Of a stretch of DNA of 53,890 nucleotides, positions 1-9,059 are shown in pieces. This DNA comes from a virus (Duplodnaviria > Caudoviricetes): positions 1 to 53,890 of the IMG/VR virus record IMGVR_UViG_3300048574_000483; one strand, given 5' to 3'. The position numbers and the translations under genes were made by a program. The notes under the pieces were generated by a model. The model was not told where the DNA came from and searched no databases. It saw only the letters and a list, made by a program, of their open reading frames with translations. The stretch's first letter is position 1; each line of letters opens with the position of its first letter.

Positions 1-210
1 TCAGCGCGCCTCTCGGCTTGCAAGAACCTGGATGCCGAGCCGCAGCGTTATCTCGCGGTCTGGCCACAGTTCGCAGGCTTGCTTGAACGCAGCGCGCCCA
101 AGGTCGGAGCGCACCGTGGCTGCAACGAGGCGCTCGATACTGCCACCCTTCGTCCAGATTTCGACGTGGTATTGCAGATCGCGAGCGGTATCGGGTGGTA
201 TAGACAGCAT
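1..210 (-). CDS. Small hypothetical protein (69 aa), probably SOS-inducible
   Basis: Globular-looking ORF with a LexA-type box 2 nt upstream of the ATG. Confidence 0.7.
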   Translation of the reverse strand: MLSIPPDTARDLQYHVEIWTKGGSIERLVAATVRSDLGRAAFKQACELWPDREITLRLGIQVLASREAR

Positions 211-212
211 GG

Positions 213-227
213 GAACAATACAAGAAC
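213..227 (-). promoter_or_regulatory. Alphaproteobacterial LexA (SOS) box GTTC-N7-GTTC
   Basis: Minus strand reads GTTCTTGTATTGTTC immediately upstream of ORF 1..210. Confidence 0.75.
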
Positions 228-461
228 AACAAGAGACAAGAGTCCAGCCGCTAGAGATTGGGACGCGGCCGGATGCAGGCCCACGACCTATTGATTTGCT
301 CGCGGTCGCCCTGGATGCCGTCGCGCGCTACATTGCCGGCGGCCGGAGACGTCTGGCCGCCGGATGCTTCGGGGAACCTTGGTCCGAAGCACTCAGACCC
401 CGCGCCACCTCCTGTAAGACCGGCGCGGGGTCGGCCTTGCCGACTTGCGGAGCAGCGAGGG

Positions 462-638
462 ATGAGCGCCTCGGTTCTTCACATCTTCGATGAGATCTGG
501 CGATTTCTCTACATCGTTGGCTTTGGGCTGGGTCTCGCGATCCTGGTGTGGGAATGGATCAAACGGCGCCGGAATCGCCATCGCCTGCCCCGCCCCGCAA
601 ATTCCAATCGGCGCTGGTATCAAACCCGAATTCCGTAA
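462..638 (+). CDS. Small single-pass membrane protein (58 aa)
   Basis: GAGGG then ATG; hydrophobic stretch FLYIVGFGLGLAILVWEWI followed by a basic tail. Confidence 0.5.
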   Translation: MSASVLHIFDEIWRFLYIVGFGLGLAILVWEWIKRRRNRHRLPRPANSNRRWYQTRIP

Positions 639-677
639 AAAATAGCAGTTAAAAACACGAAAACCGCACACTCGCTA

Positions 678-705
678 TTGCAAATGTACGGTTTCCGTAT
701 ATATT
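678..705 (+). promoter_or_regulatory. Putative sigma70 promoter with overlapping palindromic operator
   Basis: TTGCAA-16 nt-TATATT; near-palindrome ATGTACGG-TTT-CCGTATAT (684-702) fills the spacer. Confidence 0.55.
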
Positions 706-753
706 CATCCTGTCAGCCGGTGGTTCGGCTGACACCAGACCAAGGAGAAAGAG

Positions 754-816
754 ATGAAAGTCCTCATCTTGGTCCGGCTCTGGAAATGGAAGGTTTTCCT
801 TTCGATTTCCAGGTAA
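754..816 (+). CDS. 20-aa hydrophobic/basic peptide MKVLILVRLWKWKVFLSISR
   Basis: Strong SD AAGGAG upstream; flanked by hairpins 711-734 and 825-852; below the ORF-track size cutoff. Confidence 0.6.
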   Translation: MKVLILVRLWKWKVFLSISR

Positions 817-887
817 CCCGGGTTCCGGTGGGAGGCGCCAACCTCTCACCGGTTCCCCTAATATAGCCGTGAAGGGGTATCGAAACA

Positions 888-1139
888 ATGAGCGCCGAAG
901 AGATGGAAGCCCTGCGGAAGACCCTGGGATTTACCCAAGCCGAAATGGCAAAAGCCCTCGGCATCGGCCTAACCACCTACTCCGAGATGATCCGCCGAGG
1001 CGAAATCGAAGAACGCTATCGGCTCGCCGCCGAACGCGTCGCGCTGTCGATCGCGGTCCAGCGCGGCAACCCCATGCTTGCGCCGCCGAGCATCCGGAAA
1101 GAAGCTCTCGCTCTCGCCAACCTCATCACCGAAGGATAG
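888..1139 (+). CDS. XRE-family helix-turn-helix protein
   Basis: LRKTLGFTQAEMAKALGIGLTTYSEM HTH; SD AAGGGG. Confidence 0.85.
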   Translation: MSAEEMEALRKTLGFTQAEMAKALGIGLTTYSEMIRRGEIEERYRLAAERVALSIAVQRGNPMLAPPSIRKEALALANLITEG

Positions 1140-1144
1140 TTCGC

Positions 1145-1420
1145 CTATCCACGCTGGGGGCTTGGTGTCACATGGTGTTCGCCGCACATGCAGCTCGGAC
1201 TCACGGTCCCGTCACAACAGAGCTGGCGCTGTCCAGAGCAGCCACAAACACCACTGTGATGCGAGCAACACCCGCGCTTATTCGGACCGGGCATGGGTGA
1301 TTTTGATGGCGCGCGGCAAATCTTCTCTGAGATCGGCGCCGGCTGATTGCTAACCTCCCCCGCCACTGCAATCTGCGAAACGGAGAACAGCAACGCCAGA
1401 ACTACTAGCAGCCACTTCAT
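1145..1420 (-). CDS. Secreted small Cys/His-rich protein
   Basis: Signal peptide; RGCCSHHSGVCGC and LCCDGTVSPSCMC motifs; SD GGGGGA. Confidence 0.75.
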   Translation of the reverse strand: MKWLLVVLALLFSVSQIAVAGEVSNQPAPISEKICRAPSKSPMPGPNKRGCCSHHSGVCGCSGQRQLCCDGTVSPSCMCGEHHVTPSPQRG

Positions 1421-1487
1421 GAGATCCCCCAGTCATTGACGAGCCCTGAGTATAACAGAGCAGCGCTGTGACGACTGAGAAGCGATC

Positions 1488-1694
1488 TCAAGAGCACGCA
1501 TGTGTATGGCGTGCCGAGGAAGACCGCCGGCGGACGGCGTGGCGCGCCTCAATTGTCGCTAGTTCCAACAAATGTGTCAGACGAGGCTCATTACCTCGCG
1601 CGGCAATCTTCTTGAGTTCGTCAAGCATCGACGCGCAATACTCGGGAGCGAACGCGCCCGAATTGGGAGTTCTGGCCATTGAGGTCCCCTCCAC
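1488..1694 (-). CDS. Hypothetical protein
   Basis: ORF with motif YCASMLDELKKIA...LTHLLELATIEA; true start may be the second Met. Confidence 0.55.
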   Translation of the reverse strand: MEGTSMARTPNSGAFAPEYCASMLDELKKIAARGNEPRLTHLLELATIEARHAVRRRSSSARHTHACS

Positions 1695-1823
1695 CTGCTA
1701 CAACCGTTACTATCGCAATAGTTGCATATTAACTCAAAAAAAGCCCTCTGAAAACAAGGATATTTGTCATACAGCTCTGATGGCGAAAGTTCTGAACAAC
1801 CTTAGGAAGAACCGCGGAGGTAC

Positions 1824-1852
1824 AAAAACCCCGCCAGATCTCTCCGACGGGG
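1824..1852 (-). terminator. Rho-independent terminator ending the late operon
   Basis: Minus strand CCCCGTCGGA-GAGA-TCTGGCGGGG followed by TTTTT. Confidence 0.75.
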
Positions 1853-1879
1853 CCAGAACCCAAAACACCTGAATCCGGA

Positions 1880-2122
1880 TTATCCCCGGATAATGCGCAC
1901 CAATTCGGCGATCCCCGTAACGGTCGCCACGATAGCCGCGATGGCGCCGATCGCAGCAAAGACGGTCATCACCAGCTTTCGGCCGCCCCCCATCTGGTCG
2001 ATTACCGTCCTAATCGCGCGGATGTCGCTCTGGACGATATCCATGCGCTTAGCTTGGTTCTCGTTTTGCTCCTCGAGGCGGGCGAGACGCTCGCGGATTT
2101 GAGCTTCACTTGCCTCCGACAT
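1880..2122 (-). CDS. XhlA-like coiled-coil plus C-terminal TM protein (lysis-associated)
   Basis: IRERLARLEEQ coiled coil, C-terminal TM segment, last gene of lysis cluster. Confidence 0.65.
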   Translation of the reverse strand: MSEASEAQIRERLARLEEQNENQAKRMDIVQSDIRAIRTVIDQMGGGRKLVMTVFAAIGAIAAIVATVTGIAELVRIIRG

Positions 2123-2414
2123 GATCGCCCCCCGCATTGCTTGCCCCCTTGCCCACGCACTCGTCCCAGAGTTTGCGGTATTGCCCGGCCGCAGTGCCGA
2201 GCGCCTTTCGCGAGTCCGCCAGGAGGTCGTAGAGCCCGTTGGCGTCGGTGTCCTTGGCCGGAACAGTCTCGATCACGATAGCCGGCGGCAACGCTTGCGA
2301 CGGATGGCATCGGCCGTTGCCGCTGACGATGATGGCCTCGGGCGGCGACGAGCTGCATGCGGTCAGCAACGCGATGGCGGCAACTGCCAAACAATGCTTG
2401 ACGGTTCGGGTCAC
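2106..2414 (-). CDS. Outer-membrane spanin (Rz1-like lipoprotein)
   Basis: GTG start overlaps the i-spanin stop; lipobox LLTAC; Pro-rich mature part. Confidence 0.7.
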   Translation of the reverse strand: MTRTVKHCLAVAAIALLTACSSSPPEAIIVSGNGRCHPSQALPPAIVIETVPAKDTDANGLYDLLADSRKALGTAAGQYRKLWDECVGKGASNAGGDHVGGK

Positions 2415-2815
2415 GGCGCACCTCCGATCAATTTCGGGTCGTTCAGACCAGCCATGAGCGCCGCTGGAATGACTTGTGGCGGGCAGTCCGGTTTTGGCGG
2501 ATTGGCGCTCGCCGCGGAGCGCGCCCGAGCCTTGAGCGCTGCCGCTGCATTGTTTGCGGCCTGCTGGCGGCGTCCCAACTCTTTGCCGTCCTCGACGCCC
2601 TGGTCGTAGTCCTTGGCGTCCTGCGCGGCCTGGGCTGCGGTGGCGTGCGGCACAGCGGCGGCAGTGACCTTGGCCTGCGCCGTGACGCACATGCTCGCGC
2701 CGCTCGCGTAGCCGAGCCCGTACGCAGCACCGAGCAGCACCAGGAGCCCGAGTCCGAGCGCCACCCACTCGATAACCTTGCCGCCCTTGATAGCGGTCCA
2801 GATCAGCTTAAGCAT
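2411..2815 (-). CDS. Inner-membrane spanin (Rz-like)
   Basis: N-terminal TM, Ala-rich coiled coil, C-terminal Cys; downstream of holin. Confidence 0.7.
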   Translation of the reverse strand: MLKLIWTAIKGGKVIEWVALGLGLLVLLGAAYGLGYASGASMCVTAQAKVTAAAVPHATAAQAAQDAKDYDQGVEDGKELGRRQQAANNAAAALKARARSAASANPPKPDCPPQVIPAALMAGLNDPKLIGGAP

Positions 2816-3089
2816 CGGCGCCTCCGTTCGGAGGGCGACGGGTGAAATCCTGCTTGACCGCGACGCCGATCACGACGCATGCCAGTGTCAGGTAGGCGGC
2901 GACGACCGGGAGCCAGTGCGGAAGATAGGACCGCATGTCGTCTGGGATGACCTGCCAGCCGGTCAGCAACGCGCCGCCGGCCGACGCTGCCCAGACCGAA
3001 AAGAACCGGTGCAGGTGTCGCCAGTCGTCCACGAGCCGCGCAACGACGGCCGCCCTCGCCCGTTGCAGCCAAGCCTTGAGCTTGTCCAT
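2808..3089 (-). CDS. Holin (2 TM)
   Basis: LVDDWRHLHRFFSVW motif, two TM segments, next to lysozyme. Confidence 0.75.
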   Translation of the reverse strand: MDKLKAWLQRARAAVVARLVDDWRHLHRFFSVWAASAGGALLTGWQVIPDDMRSYLPHWLPVVAAYLTLACVVIGVAVKQDFTRRPPNGGADA

Positions 3090-3092
3090 GGT

Positions 3093-3560
3093 TCAAAGTC
3101 CTTTCTCGCAGAGAGCGCGCTCAGCGGCGCGGCGGCGGACGAGGCCCGGAAGGACCTTTCCACCTGCCTTGTTGTAGAGAGGGATTGCAGCGCAACCGCC
3201 CTTGAGGTCGCCGGCGCGGAACCGCTTGGCGACGGTCGACGTGCAATAGCGCTGGACGCCGATGTTGTAGGCGAGGCTCACCGCGGCGGCGAGCTGGTGG
3301 TCCCTGCCGTTGAGCCCCGGCGTGCACCTCAGAACGCCCTCGCCGTGGGCGATCAACTGCCGCTCCATCGATGCCAGGCATTCGGCGTCGGTGTAGACCT
3401 TTCCGACTACAACGTTGGAGGTATCGCCCATGCACTTGGTGGCAATTCCAACCGGATCGAGATAGCCGACGTTTCGCTTGCCCTCATGCTGCGGGACGAT
3501 GGCCAGCAGCAGCGCGCAAGCGCCAGCGCCGACGACGCCGGCGAGCGTCTTCCGTTTCAT
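3093..3560 (-). CDS. GH24 lysozyme, SAR endolysin
   Basis: Gly/Ala-rich N-terminal SAR segment; E-x8-D-x5-T catalytic triad; GLVRRR C-terminal motif. Confidence 0.93.
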   Translation of the reverse strand: MKRKTLAGVVGAGACALLLAIVPQHEGKRNVGYLDPVGIATKCMGDTSNVVVGKVYTDAECLASMERQLIAHGEGVLRCTPGLNGRDHQLAAAVSLAYNIGVQRYCTSTVAKRFRAGDLKGGCAAIPLYNKAGGKVLPGLVRRRAAERALCEKGL

Positions 3561-3607
3561 GGATCACCTTTGGTAGGGTTAGGAGGCCTTCGCGGCCTCA
3601 AGCGCGA

Positions 3608-4093
3608 CTAAGCGTCTTCAGAGCCAATCAACACGCTGCGCTTTAGATAGGCGTAGATATCGCCGAGGGCGACCGCGCCGCTAGCCGCGACCGGAACTTC
3701 ACCTGACTGAATTTCAACGGCATAGGTTGCCAAAGGCCTCGCCGCATCGCGCGTCGCAACAGCTTGCGCCGCGTCTTGCGCGGCACCCACCAGCGCCTGC
3801 TGTGCGGCGTCTAGCTTAGCTGTCGCGGTCGCAACACTGGCTGGGTCAGATCCGTCCACGGTGGCCAATTCCGTTTCCGCCGCGGCCACCGCATCGTGCT
3901 TCTCGCTCACCGCCGCGGATAATGTGACGACAGAGGCGTCTGCAACCTTCCACGCTGCGCGATCGGCAGCGGAAACGTGCACCGACAACTCAGTGCTGAT
4001 CCTTCCGCTCATTCGATCCAATGCTACTTTGGAGACGAACTGATAAGCCGGAGTGGTGCCGAATGGATGTTTGTAGTTCGCAATTAGTGCCAT
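3608..4093 (-). CDS. Hypothetical tail-fibre-associated protein
   Basis: Follows the fibre gene; C-terminal DIYAYLK...GSEDA resembles small fibre-associated phage proteins. Confidence 0.6.
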   Translation of the reverse strand: MALIANYKHPFGTTPAYQFVSKVALDRMSGRISTELSVHVSAADRAAWKVADASVVTLSAAVSEKHDAVAAAETELATVDGSDPASVATATAKLDAAQQALVGAAQDAAQAVATRDAARPLATYAVEIQSGEVPVAASGAVALGDIYAYLKRSVLIGSEDA

Positions 4094-4096
4094 TTC

Positions 4097-5608
4097 CTAT
4101 TGCTTTCCTGTTAGGGCCGCGATCGCTGACTCAAGTGCATCAATCCGCTTCGCCATGCCGTTGTTGTCGTTTACGAGCGCCGCCACGATTGGCCTAAGGT
4201 CAAGCGTACGCTTCCCGTTGCCGTCTACGCCGATTGCTTGAGGGATCGCGGCGAGCACATTCCCAGCACCAAGCCCAGCGTAAAGCCATTTCGTGTCGAG
4301 CCCGGCCTCCTCAGAATAGTGGTAGAGGATCGGTTTGATTTTCGCGATTGCGTCTCGTGACGCCGTGAACGGAGCAACTACGACCTTAATGCTTTCGTCC
4401 GACGAGGCAGTGATGTTGCCCGCAGCGTCGGTTACGAGCGTGCCAGCCCCATAGGCGTTGATCTGTACCGACCCACCGGCATTGATTTGCAGCCGTTGAA
4501 GGCTCGCCGAATAGTCAAAAATGCGGAATATCGAACCTGCCGATACGCTTTCGATGTTGTATCGACGCCCACCACTGGCAGCCTGCAAGCCAATGACGCC
4601 ACTGTTTGTCCCGGTGCCACCTTGAACAAATACGCCAGTGTCGCCAACTACGGTAAGTGCGCTGTTAGGAGCGTTCGTCCCGATGCACAGGCCGGTGTTG
4701 GTCAAAGACATCTTCACAGAACCAACGCCCAGCGATCCCGCAGCGCCGAGCAACCAGTTGTGAACGGTTGCGGGCTCACCAACCCCTGTGCCGCCACCGT
4801 AGTTGATCGTGTTCGTTCCACTTACACCATCAAACTCGATAATGGTGGCGAGATTCCCCGTATAGGCCCCCGAGAAAAGCCTGAAATCGGAGTTGGCGTT
4901 AGCGGCGCTGTTTGTTCGACCTACAATGTTTCCTAAAACTTCAAACCTCTGCGCGGGATTTGTAATGCCGACACCTACCTTCCCATCGGCCCAAACACCG
5001 CCTGGAAAGTAAGTTGTTCCGCTAAAAGTCTTGTTCGACAGCGTTTCCGTTGTAGCGCGCCCGACAAGGGTGTCGGTTGCCGCCGGAAGCGAGAGCGTCG
5101 CTGTGCCGTTCTTGATCGATGCGATGATCGGCGCGGTCAGCGTCTTGTTGGTCAGCGTGCTGACGCTGTCCGTCGTCACGACCCCGGCCAATGCCAAGTC
5201 ATTTACGAGATCGGAATCGGCCTGGCGCGTCCAGACCCCGTTCAAGAACTTCGGTCGGTCACCGTTCTGCCAGACCACCCCCGCAAACGATCGCAGAACA
5301 CCGTTTCCGAACAATACGATCATCTTCGCGAGCTTCGCGCCAAGAGAGACGCGATCGTTCACGGCCTCGATGAGCGCCGGGGCACTCACCAAGGTAGCGC
5401 CGGACCACGGCTTGAACAATGTGGCCGTCGTGACGCCGTTCGCATAGTCGCCAACGGTGTTGATGATCCCCCAAATCGATCCCTCTGGTGTGGAAAACCG
5501 ATAGTTTGGCACCAGCCACGAGGTCACGTCACCCGCGATCGAGAGCGTCGTAGAACCAGTGTCTATCGACACAACGACGTCGAAGGGTGTGTCTGCGGTC
5601 GTCACCAT
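4097..5608 (-). CDS. Tail fibre/receptor-binding protein with C-terminal intramolecular chaperone (peptidase S74-like)
   Basis: TLTNKTL repeats; GKVGVGITNP and GLCIGTNAP fibre repeats; SSDESIK cleavage-type motif; C-terminal coiled coil. Confidence 0.85.
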   Translation of the reverse strand: MVTTADTPFDVVVSIDTGSTTLSIAGDVTSWLVPNYRFSTPEGSIWGIINTVGDYANGVTTATLFKPWSGATLVSAPALIEAVNDRVSLGAKLAKMIVLFGNGVLRSFAGVVWQNGDRPKFLNGVWTRQADSDLVNDLALAGVVTTDSVSTLTNKTLTAPIIASIKNGTATLSLPAATDTLVGRATTETLSNKTFSGTTYFPGGVWADGKVGVGITNPAQRFEVLGNIVGRTNSAANANSDFRLFSGAYTGNLATIIEFDGVSGTNTINYGGGTGVGEPATVHNWLLGAAGSLGVGSVKMSLTNTGLCIGTNAPNSALTVVGDTGVFVQGGTGTNSGVIGLQAASGGRRYNIESVSAGSIFRIFDYSASLQRLQINAGGSVQINAYGAGTLVTDAAGNITASSDESIKVVVAPFTASRDAIAKIKPILYHYSEEAGLDTKWLYAGLGAGNVLAAIPQAIGVDGNGKRTLDLRPIVAALVNDNNGMAKRIDALESAIAALTGKQ

Positions 5609-5610
5609 GA

Positions 5611-5910
5611 TTATGCCCCACCTTCAATCGCGACAGGTGCAGCCATTGCCGCTGGCTCGGAGGGACGTTTGCTTGATGCCAACGCCTGAACAGCATCCTG
5701 CAATTCTTTGAATTTTGCAGACATCCCGTTGACCCTCTCCCTGAACATGTCGCGTTCATCGGCGATCAGGTCGCGCTCCGCGGCGGTAGCAGCAGACATG
5801 CGATTTGCGCGGTCGAGCAGCACGGCAAGGGCTTCGCATTCGCGCACTTTGGCGGCGTAACGGATTTCCAGCGGCAGCGATTGAACGCTGCCCTGCGCTT
5901 CGTTTGGCAT
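5611..5910 (-). CDS. Small coiled-coil protein between the fibre genes
   Basis: Tightly packed in the operon; helical coiled-coil pattern. Confidence 0.6.
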   Translation of the reverse strand: MPNEAQGSVQSLPLEIRYAAKVRECEALAVLLDRANRMSAATAAERDLIADERDMFRERVNGMSAKFKELQDAVQALASSKRPSEPAAMAAPVAIEGGA

Positions 5911-5922
5911 AGATTTTCCTTG

Positions 5923-7617
5923 TTATTTCGAGCTCTCAGGAAACACTGCGACAGACATCATCCAGATGGTGTTCCCTGTAGGGTTCCAAAATCTCGGATG
6001 GTACACACGCGCCTCTGGGGGAATTACAGCTTTCACCGAAAGGCTCGCTCTGGCATCGGTACTGCTGGTTACGACTTGAGAAAGTGAGCCCGGGACAATT
6101 TTCCACGACGAGCCATCGAAATACTCAATAGCTGCCGGAATCGTGTTGACCGATCCGTTCTGGACTCTGAAATAGAACTTCGCTTCGACCGTATTGACAG
6201 TGACGTCTTGCCGAGGAAGGTAGCCATAACCCTGCACCACCCCCCAAGTGTCGCGATAGGCTTCCTTGTAGTAGTAGACGCTGGTGTTTGCGCTAATTGC
6301 GACCTGTACCGGCTCACTCGGAACAGCGACAGTCGTTTCTTCATCAGACTTAGTCGCGCCGTTCGAGGTACCGCCAATGTTTGTATAGCTGTATTTGTAC
6401 GTCAGCCCCGGAAGACGGCTGAGGAAGATTGTGCCGTCACCGTTGAACACAGCCAGCGGATCGCCAGCGCTATTCAAGATCTGGAACTTAGCCGCGTAGA
6501 ACGCGATTAGGTCCGCAGCACCGACAAGACGTGAACCGTTCGCCGTCGAATCCATGAAGAACGCAGCCGAATGCGAAGTCCCGTTCGAGTTCGTTGCGAG
6601 CGACAGCACGAAGCGCGAGGTTGTGTCCGCCGGAACACCGGATACAGCCTGATAGAGCTGCATGATTGCTGTAGACGAGTTGTTCCCGACTGTTCCCTGC
6701 AGTGAGGTGAGCGCATTTCCCTGCGCCGTCAGCACGCCATTGAGATTTGATACTGTGTTGCTCAGGTCTGAGAGCGCCTGCTCGCTCGCCTTACCCGGCA
6801 GCGCATTCTCGATCGCTGTGGTTCTAGACGCGACGCTTGTAAGGCCGCCTTCGGCATACGTCATCCGGCTTGCCAGAGCATCGGTCACCGTTGTCGACGC
6901 CTTACCAGGCAGCGCGTTCTCAATCGATGTGGTGCGACCCGCTAGGACGTCGAGACTGTTTTCGGTAATGGTGAGCCGAGACGCGATTGCGTCGGTGACG
7001 CTCGACGACACCTTTCCATTGATCTGGGTTTGAAACGAATCCAGGCGCCCTGCGATGACTGAGCCAGGCCCCGTCGCAGCAATCATCACAGAATCGGCAT
7101 GGGCCTTGGCCTCGCCAAGGTTCGAGGCCGCGGTCTCCCGGATTTCGTCAATATCGCTATATTGGCCAAGCGTGGCCTCGGCCATGTTTGCAGCGAAGCC
7201 CGCAAGATCATCTCGGATCCTCGCAAGTTCACCAATCAGGTCGTCGCTGGTCTTCCGCACCCGCTCCTTAGCGGCCTGGGACTCATTCCACGCGGCAGCG
7301 ATCGCCGCGTTGACGTCGTTCGTTAGTTGATCAGTTCCGATAGCGCCTGGAGCTACGGCCTTGGCTGGCTCGCTTCCGAGATCATTGACGGCCAGAGCGA
7401 CGGCCACATAATCGGTCTGCCTGATCCACCTGCCTTTTTCAGGCTGATCTGCCGGGACGATGACGGTGCCCGCCGCAGGAGTGGAGACGGAGTTCGGATT
7501 GTAGGCCCACGCCTCCATTGCATCAGCGGAATACAGGAACGCCAACATGACGCCTGCCGCCTGCACTGCAGACCAAGCCGAAATTTCAGCGCGGGAGCCA
7601 ACTTTTGTCGCCGACAT
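5923..7617 (-). CDS. Tail fibre protein with coiled-coil repeats (similar to the C-terminal part of lambda J-like fibres)
   Basis: Repeated RTTxIENALPGKAS units; SAAFFMDSTANGSRL..AD segment resembling the DUF1983-type region. Confidence 0.7.
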   Translation of the reverse strand: MSATKVGSRAEISAWSAVQAAGVMLAFLYSADAMEAWAYNPNSVSTPAAGTVIVPADQPEKGRWIRQTDYVAVALAVNDLGSEPAKAVAPGAIGTDQLTNDVNAAIAAAWNESQAAKERVRKTSDDLIGELARIRDDLAGFAANMAEATLGQYSDIDEIRETAASNLGEAKAHADSVMIAATGPGSVIAGRLDSFQTQINGKVSSSVTDAIASRLTITENSLDVLAGRTTSIENALPGKASTTVTDALASRMTYAEGGLTSVASRTTAIENALPGKASEQALSDLSNTVSNLNGVLTAQGNALTSLQGTVGNNSSTAIMQLYQAVSGVPADTTSRFVLSLATNSNGTSHSAAFFMDSTANGSRLVGAADLIAFYAAKFQILNSAGDPLAVFNGDGTIFLSRLPGLTYKYSYTNIGGTSNGATKSDEETTVAVPSEPVQVAISANTSVYYYKEAYRDTWGVVQGYGYLPRQDVTVNTVEAKFYFRVQNGSVNTIPAAIEYFDGSSWKIVPGSLSQVVTSSTDARASLSVKAVIPPEARVYHPRFWNPTGNTIWMMSVAVFPESSK

Positions 7618-7627
7618 TTCGAACCCG

Positions 7628-9019
7628 TTATTGCGGGATGTATGTGATCACGATGCGCAGCTTCCAGTTGGCGGAGGTGAGCTGAGCATTGCCAGGGCTA
7701 TTCATGAAGCTGGTTACATAGATGCCGTTCGTGGAAACGGCCCACTTCACAGAGGACCCGTTCGCGGCGACAGTCACGCCGCGGTCGTTCTCGGAACCAT
7801 GGGAGTTCGAGTTGGGAACGACGACATCGCCGGGCTGCCACCCTTGATCCGCGACTTGGCAAACAAGCATCGGCACCACCGAGAGAATCTTGCTTATCGC
7901 CTGATTGTGGGGTGCAGAGTTGTAGTCGGCATTCGAGAATGAGATATCGGGGTGGCAATAGACACGGGCATTCCTGCTGATTTCCTGCTGCACAAAGGCC
8001 GTGGTTGCGACATTCGCCGTGCTATCACCCGTTCCTTTGGTGACGGCCATGTAAGGCACCCAAGTTGCCTGTGCTGCAGTGCCTGACGACGTGCAAACAT
8101 AGACGACGTTGTTGGTGACGTCGGTGCATTCGTCCGCTGGCGACACACCGGGAACGGCGGCAGTGCCGGCGACGTGACCGTTCGGGTTCCCAGCGTAGGT
8201 GTAGCGGGCAACAAGCGCGGAACCGGCAAGAGCACTCGAAACCGGCAGCATTGCCATCGGGTACGGAGGAAGGTTCGCGAGAGCCAGGACGCCGGAAACC
8301 TCTGACGTGAGATCGATCTTCGGGGCTTGCCCGTTGACGCCATGATGGTGCGAGCCCAGCAATCCTGCCAGGAACGGAGCGCCGCTCACGGTGACGATCT
8401 TGTTTTGCGCGATCGCAGTCTGTCCATAGGCCAAATCGATCAAATAGAGCCCAATAGCCCCGCTGTCGGCACTCGGCGCAGACTCGCTGCCGGTGGACGC
8501 CACCGCGCCGTACTTGACCGACAACGTGCAGACGCCAGCCCTGCGCGTGCTTTGCATCGCCCCGAAACCACCAGGCCCCATGTACACGTTGGCCGGGTTG
8601 TCGGCGTTATAATAAGGCAGCACCCCACTGTTAGGGTCATCAGTGGGAATGATATCGGTCTGAGCGAACTTGGCTTGGATCAAGGCATACCGGGACTGAC
8701 CGGACGAAATGCCTGCCGTCGACAAAGTGATGGATTGCGCCGCCGCGATGCCCTGCTGGACTGTCTGGCGCGCGTCCGTGCCCATGACACTATATGCGGT
8801 CGCATCAACCGCAGCCTGCAGGTAGATACGGCCCGCCGCGATGTTGATGACCAGGCTGGCCGGCGAGGAAGCCGTCGCGGCAAACCCGCTCACAACAGAG
8901 GCGGTCGAGCCAAAGAGGTCGCCCCAGGCAATCCCACTGCCGTAGACGAACTCGCGCGCCAGAGACAAGAAATCGTACAGGCGCCCCTGCTCCTGATCAT
9001 AGATAATCGGACGGTCCAT
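7628..9019 (-). CDS. Baseplate-proximal tail fibre/adapter protein
   Basis: Follows wedge genes; PASLVINIAAGRIY and LPYYNADNP motifs. Confidence 0.75.
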   Translation of the reverse strand: MDRPIIYDQEQGRLYDFLSLAREFVYGSGIAWGDLFGSTASVVSGFAATASSPASLVINIAAGRIYLQAAVDATAYSVMGTDARQTVQQGIAAAQSITLSTAGISSGQSRYALIQAKFAQTDIIPTDDPNSGVLPYYNADNPANVYMGPGGFGAMQSTRRAGVCTLSVKYGAVASTGSESAPSADSGAIGLYLIDLAYGQTAIAQNKIVTVSGAPFLAGLLGSHHHGVNGQAPKIDLTSEVSGVLALANLPPYPMAMLPVSSALAGSALVARYTYAGNPNGHVAGTAAVPGVSPADECTDVTNNVVYVCTSSGTAAQATWVPYMAVTKGTGDSTANVATTAFVQQEISRNARVYCHPDISFSNADYNSAPHNQAISKILSVVPMLVCQVADQGWQPGDVVVPNSNSHGSENDRGVTVAANGSSVKWAVSTNGIYVTSFMNSPGNAQLTSANWKLRIVITYIPQ

Positions 9020-9059
9020 TTTGAGGCCCTTCGTGTATTGAGTTGGGTTTGGGAGCGGG

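Noticed and set aside
6700-7030. Repeats in the fibre gene as DGR template/variable repeats or an invertible cassette
   Set aside because: In-frame protein repeats; no reverse transcriptase or invertase in the window
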